This document shows positions 61,827 to 64,000 of a stretch of DNA of 64,000 nucleotides, piece after piece. The stretch lies in contig JBLDXI010000009.1 in the NCBI GenBank assembly GCA_047495785.1, positions 806,001 through 870,000 on the forward strand, in the 5' to 3' direction. The translations under genes and the position numbers were made by a program. Each line of letters begins with the position of its first letter. Positions within the stretch are counted from its first letter, which is position 1. The stretch is from Lepidodermella squamata. Lineage: Eukaryota; Animalia; Gastrotricha. The notes under the pieces were generated by a model. That model was not told the origin of the DNA. It was given only the letters and a program-made list of their open reading frames with translations, and did no database searches.

Positions 61827-63376
61827 ATGAATAATCTCAGCGCTAAAAACAAAGAAGAACTGTAAGTTGAAATAGCTTTTCCACGCTGATTGTTAATTGC
61901 CGTTTGTAATAAACTTTTCTAGCAATCGCGCGGTTGCTGATTATCTATTTCAAAATGGCTACAAGCGTGCGTTTGAGCAGTTTGTTAAAGAAGCTGGAGT
62001 TGTAAGCATTCGTTTTTATATGCACTTTGCTTCCGTGTTTTACGATGCTCTATTTCAGCCGGAGGAAATCGATCCTAAAAATGCTGGTATATTGGAGAAA
62101 AAGTGGGTAGCTATCGTCCGACTATCCCGCAAAGTCATGGAGTTGGAAGCTCGCAATGCAGAGCTGCAACGAGAAAATAGTGCTGCGACAATTATGCCGA
62201 CAGATGGTGTGCCATCAGTTGGGCCCCCTGGAAAACGCAATCCAGCGGAATGGATTCCTCGTCCTCCTGAGAAATTTCAGATGACTGGTCATCGAAGCAC
62301 AGTTACCCGTGTTATCTTTCACCCGGTTTTTTCCTCCACGTTGGTATCTTCGAGTGAAGACTCAACGATTAAAGTTTGGGATTGTGACAATGGAGAACTC
62401 GAGCGAACCCTGAAAGGGCACACTGATGCCGTTCAGGACTTGGCCTTTGATCCGGCTGGCCGAATCTTGGCTTCCTGTTCAGCAGACTTGTCCATAAAGC
62501 TTTGGGATTTTCAGTCCAACTTCAATTGCATTAGAACGCTACATGGCCATGATCATAATGTCAGTAGTGTTACTTTTCTTCCACCTGCTGGCGATTTTAT
62601 AGCAACATGCTCTCGCGACAAGTCCGTCAAGTTGTGGGAAGTTGCAAGTGGCTATTGTGTGAAAACTTTAACAGGTTTTTTTCAAACGAATATATTTATC
62701 AGCAGGATATTAATTCTTACATGTAGGTCATACCGATTGGGTTCGATGCGTTCGAGTTAGCCCAGACAGTCGCCTGTTGGCTAGTGCTTCCAGTGACCAG
62801 ACTATTCGTGTTTGGGAATTAGCTACCCGAGAGTGCCGAGCTGAATTGCGCGATCACTCAAATGTGGTCGAATGCCTAGCGTGGGCGCCTATAGATGCAG
62901 CTTCTACGGAGACCCTGACATCTGCGTTGACATCTCCATCAGAAAATAGCATGAATGGAAATCAAGGAACGGAGACAAGGCATCATCAGAACGCTCCAGG
63001 TTTGCGGAATTTTAGTTGAGAGAATACTTCATACTCATGGGTTTTGTGCATTTCAGTGCATTTTCTGGTTTCCGGTAGCAGGGACAAAACTATTAAAGTC
63101 TGGGATGTGTCGCGCTCTACGTGTGTGCTCACACTATCTGGGCATGACAACTGGGTACGGAGCGTCGCTTTCCATCCACTGGCCAACGGTCGGTATCTTC
63201 TCTCGGCATCTGACGACAAAACTGTGCGAGTCTGGGATCTGAAGCAGCGGCGGCTCTATAAAACGCTAGACTCGGCCCATCAGCATTTCGTAACCACCCT
63301 TGACATTCATCGTGGTGCCCAATATGTCGCAACTGGCAGCGTGGATTTGTCTGTAAAACTGTGGGAATGCAGATGA
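61827..63376 (+). CDS. PAFAH1B1: Lissencephaly-1 homolog (LIS1), ~440 aa
   Basis: Exons 61827-61861, 61923-62001, 62059-62674, 62727-62999 and 63057-63376. LisH ([11 protein letters not shown]), GILEKKW...KVMELE coiled coil, EWIPRPPEK, and seven WD40 repeats ending VKLWECR. Confidence 0.96.
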
Positions 63377-64000
63377 TGCGTTAGATTAAACCTATAACTT
63401 TGTCAACATCCGTTTATTCGCTGGTCAATAATAATGATTATCCTCGTACACCCAGCGATCGCAATTCTTTGTTAGCGTGCTATATTTTGCTGTAGTTAAG
63501 TTTTGTTGTGATTCAAGACTTGATCCGAAATTCTAGTGGGTAGTTTGATGAAAAGTACGCAAACCTGACGTTTTTAACAAATTTTATCGCTTTCAATAGG
63601 CAGTGTTCCGATTTGCAATCTTTAGCAACATCATTTAATTTGATCTGTAGTTCATGTTGGAACTTTCGTAAAAATATTGGCGATATTGTCTCAAACTGTT
63701 GTCAAAATGCTGTTTCGAACAAACAAAATTCAAAATTTAACCGACGCGGATATTTCCTTCAACTGCTTTTCAACTACATATCTTCCCATTTTTCGCTTTT
63801 CTTCTGGTTCGTTTTTCGGAATTCGGATTCGAAAAACATTGACATTTTCAAGCAAGCTATGAATTGTAAATATATAAATACACGGCATTGATAGATTAAT
63901 GTACTACTATTTTTCTACTTTGTGTGGTGTTAATTTCATACTTTTCCTTTCACGCGCGTTTATTCTTTCGCCTACGAGACCGCTAATCAGCTTGACAGCG

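Noticed and set aside
1-64000. CRISPR arrays, rRNA or tRNA genes, and prokaryotic operons or defence systems
   Set aside because: No repeat-spacer arrays or structural RNA genes were seen, and the window is spliceosomal-intron-bearing animal DNA. PNPT1 is the normal nuclear-encoded mitochondrial type with introns, not a recent bacterial transfer.

Overview
This is a compact, gene-dense animal (invertebrate) nuclear window with mostly 50-70 nt GT-AG introns. I hand-spliced 15 protein-coding genes, and every multi-exon model stays in frame across its junctions. They are PNPT1, APC, a five-exon globin that the ORF track shows only as fragments, a GPR161-like orphan GPCR, PGM3, CNOT11, RAB24, a FAM53-like gene, an ANKRD53-like gene, an ~833-aa orphan, GRK2/3, SETD1, MRPL45, TEX11/ZIP4 and LIS1. 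Mobile DNA includes a 176-bp MITE (TIRs plus 7-bp TSD), a 1.44-kb non-autonomous hAT-type element with a perfect 8-bp TSD in an MRPL45 intron, and decayed LINE, gag-like and hAT fragments. The most notable observations are: the divergent globin with two extra introns and a duplicated C-terminal tail; a possible alternative 3' acceptor that switches the APC basic/PDZ tail on or off; degenerate APC SAMP motifs; operon-like spacing of co-directional genes; and a frame-required GC-AG intron in SETD1. Gene names come from recalled motif similarity, not database searches, and the organism cannot be identified from sequence alone.
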